DNA of 29,784 bases, from contig CAVZZA010000002.1 of assembly GCA_963779615.1 (NCBI GenBank), forward strand, positions 1 to 29,784, in the 5' to 3' direction. The notes beneath the pieces were generated by a model. That model worked only from the letters and a program-made list of their open reading frames with translations, was not told the DNA's origin and made no database searches. Every line of letters begins with the position of its first letter. Within the stretch, counting starts at the first letter, position 1. Made by a program: the position numbers and the translations under genes. This DNA is from an uncultured Nitrososphaeraceae archaeon. GTDB lineage: Archaea; Thermoproteota; Nitrososphaeria; Nitrososphaerales; Nitrososphaeraceae. Of the stretch, positions 28,778-29,784 are shown in pieces.

Positions 28778-29783
28778 TGCTTTGTTGCATGATTCTTAAA
28801 AATCTGCAATCATGTGGCACATTTTGTCTAAAAAGATATCATCTTATTATATAACGATGCTTTTAATATCATTTCTTTTATCATATTCTCAAACTTTACA
28901 GAATAAACGTACTCCCCAAACGTCCTCTTTATACACGAAAACACGGTTTCGGCCATCCATCTTTGTCCATAGCTTACGCTATCCTTCCATTTTTTAATAT
29001 CATTTCTTTGGGCTAACACTGATAGGTTCCTAAGAAAATGTCCTGTTTTCAATCTGACTCTTGCATTCTTTCTTACTTTAATACAAGGCAGGATTCCATT
29101 GTCTGCCATGCATCTAAAAATATCATTATTATCATAGGCACCATCAGCAAATAGTTTGGATATTGTTATTTTTCCACTATCAGATTTTATGACATTCTTA
29201 ACCAATTCAGGTAACGCTTTGCTATCGTGAACATGCTCGTCAGTAACCTTCATCGAAAGGATTTTCTTGCTCTTCACGTTTACTGCTATGTGGATTTTCA
29301 AATATCTCTTTCTTATACTCCATTTGTCTCTTAACCACTGGCCTCTGTTCGTAACCTTGATGCCGGTACTGTCTATTGCAATGATAAGGTAGTCATCTTC
29401 AGATTCCATGCTTTTGTTATTGTCTTCTGTTTTCATATCCAGCCTGTTTATTCTCCTGCTTATTGTGGTATAATCTGGAATGGAAGGTACTTTCCCTTTC
29501 GCATGTCCTTGTGCAATTCCCTCTGTCTGTCTGTATGGAAGATGAAAGTACACTTTGGCATAGCCAAGTAAAAGAAGAAATGTATTAGGATAGTGAAATG
29601 GCTCACCGATTTTGTCTTTATTCATCTCTTTTAGCTCTGCATCCCAGTTGTCAATAACGTCAAAACCAATCAGTATTTCACCTCGTCTAACTAGAAATTG
29701 GTTGTAGTATGGCCATTTCATATGGTTTACTAGTTGAGGCTAGCTAAATGTATTTGGAAATAGGGGAATCATGCAACAAAGCA
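28778..29783 (-). mobile_element. IS5 family, IS903-like insertion sequence
   Basis: 18-bp perfect IRs TGCTTTGTTGCATGATTC (28778-28795) / GAATCATGCAACAAAGCA (29766-29783), resembling the IS903 end. Confidence 0.92.
28828..29721 (-). CDS. IS5-family transposase
   Basis: WPYYNQFLVRRGE, LPYRQTEG, PDYTTISRR, AIDSTGIK, ADGAYD, YGQRWMAETVFSCIKRTFG. Confidence 0.96.
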   Translation of the reverse strand: MKWPYYNQFLVRRGEILIGFDVIDNWDAELKEMNKDKIGEPFHYPNTFLLLLGYAKVYFHLPYRQTEGIAQGHAKGKVPSIPDYTTISRRINRLDMKTEDNNKSMESEDDYLIIAIDSTGIKVTNRGQWLRDKWSIRKRYLKIHIAVNVKSKKILSMKVTDEHVHDSKALPELVKNVIKSDSGKITISKLFADGAYDNNDIFRCMADNGILPCIKVRKNARVRLKTGHFLRNLSVLAQRNDIKKWKDSVSYGQRWMAETVFSCIKRTFGEYVYSVKFENMIKEMILKASLYNKMISF

Positions 29784-29784
29784 G

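Overview
AT-rich accessory region, most likely from a soil ammonia-oxidising archaeon (Nitrososphaeraceae, Ca. Nitrosocosmicus-like; inferred from protein families, not verified). It is a mosaic of unrelated single genes: DJ-1/PfpI, two RibD/DHFR-like proteins, an MBL hydrolase, a PQQ sugar dehydrogenase, a Ser/Thr kinase-TPR protein, UV endonuclease UvsE, a peptidoglycan-binding protein and a PDZ protein. It also holds many gene fragments, three IS elements with both inverted repeats, two IS6 remnants and two broken tyrosine-integrase genes. The main unexplained structure is a series of about 15 degenerate, almost all co-oriented 35-50 bp sites. Each ends in what looks like a tRNA 3' end (ATCCGACCCGGCCCA or ATCCCCACGGGCCCG), usually with a TTAYR arm 21-23 nt upstream. 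The sites separate the cargo into cassette-like units, precede both integrase remnants and coincide with gene truncation points. This suggests a tRNA-att-based, integron-like tandem accretion array. No intact tRNA, rRNA or CRISPR array was seen. All alignments were done by eye.
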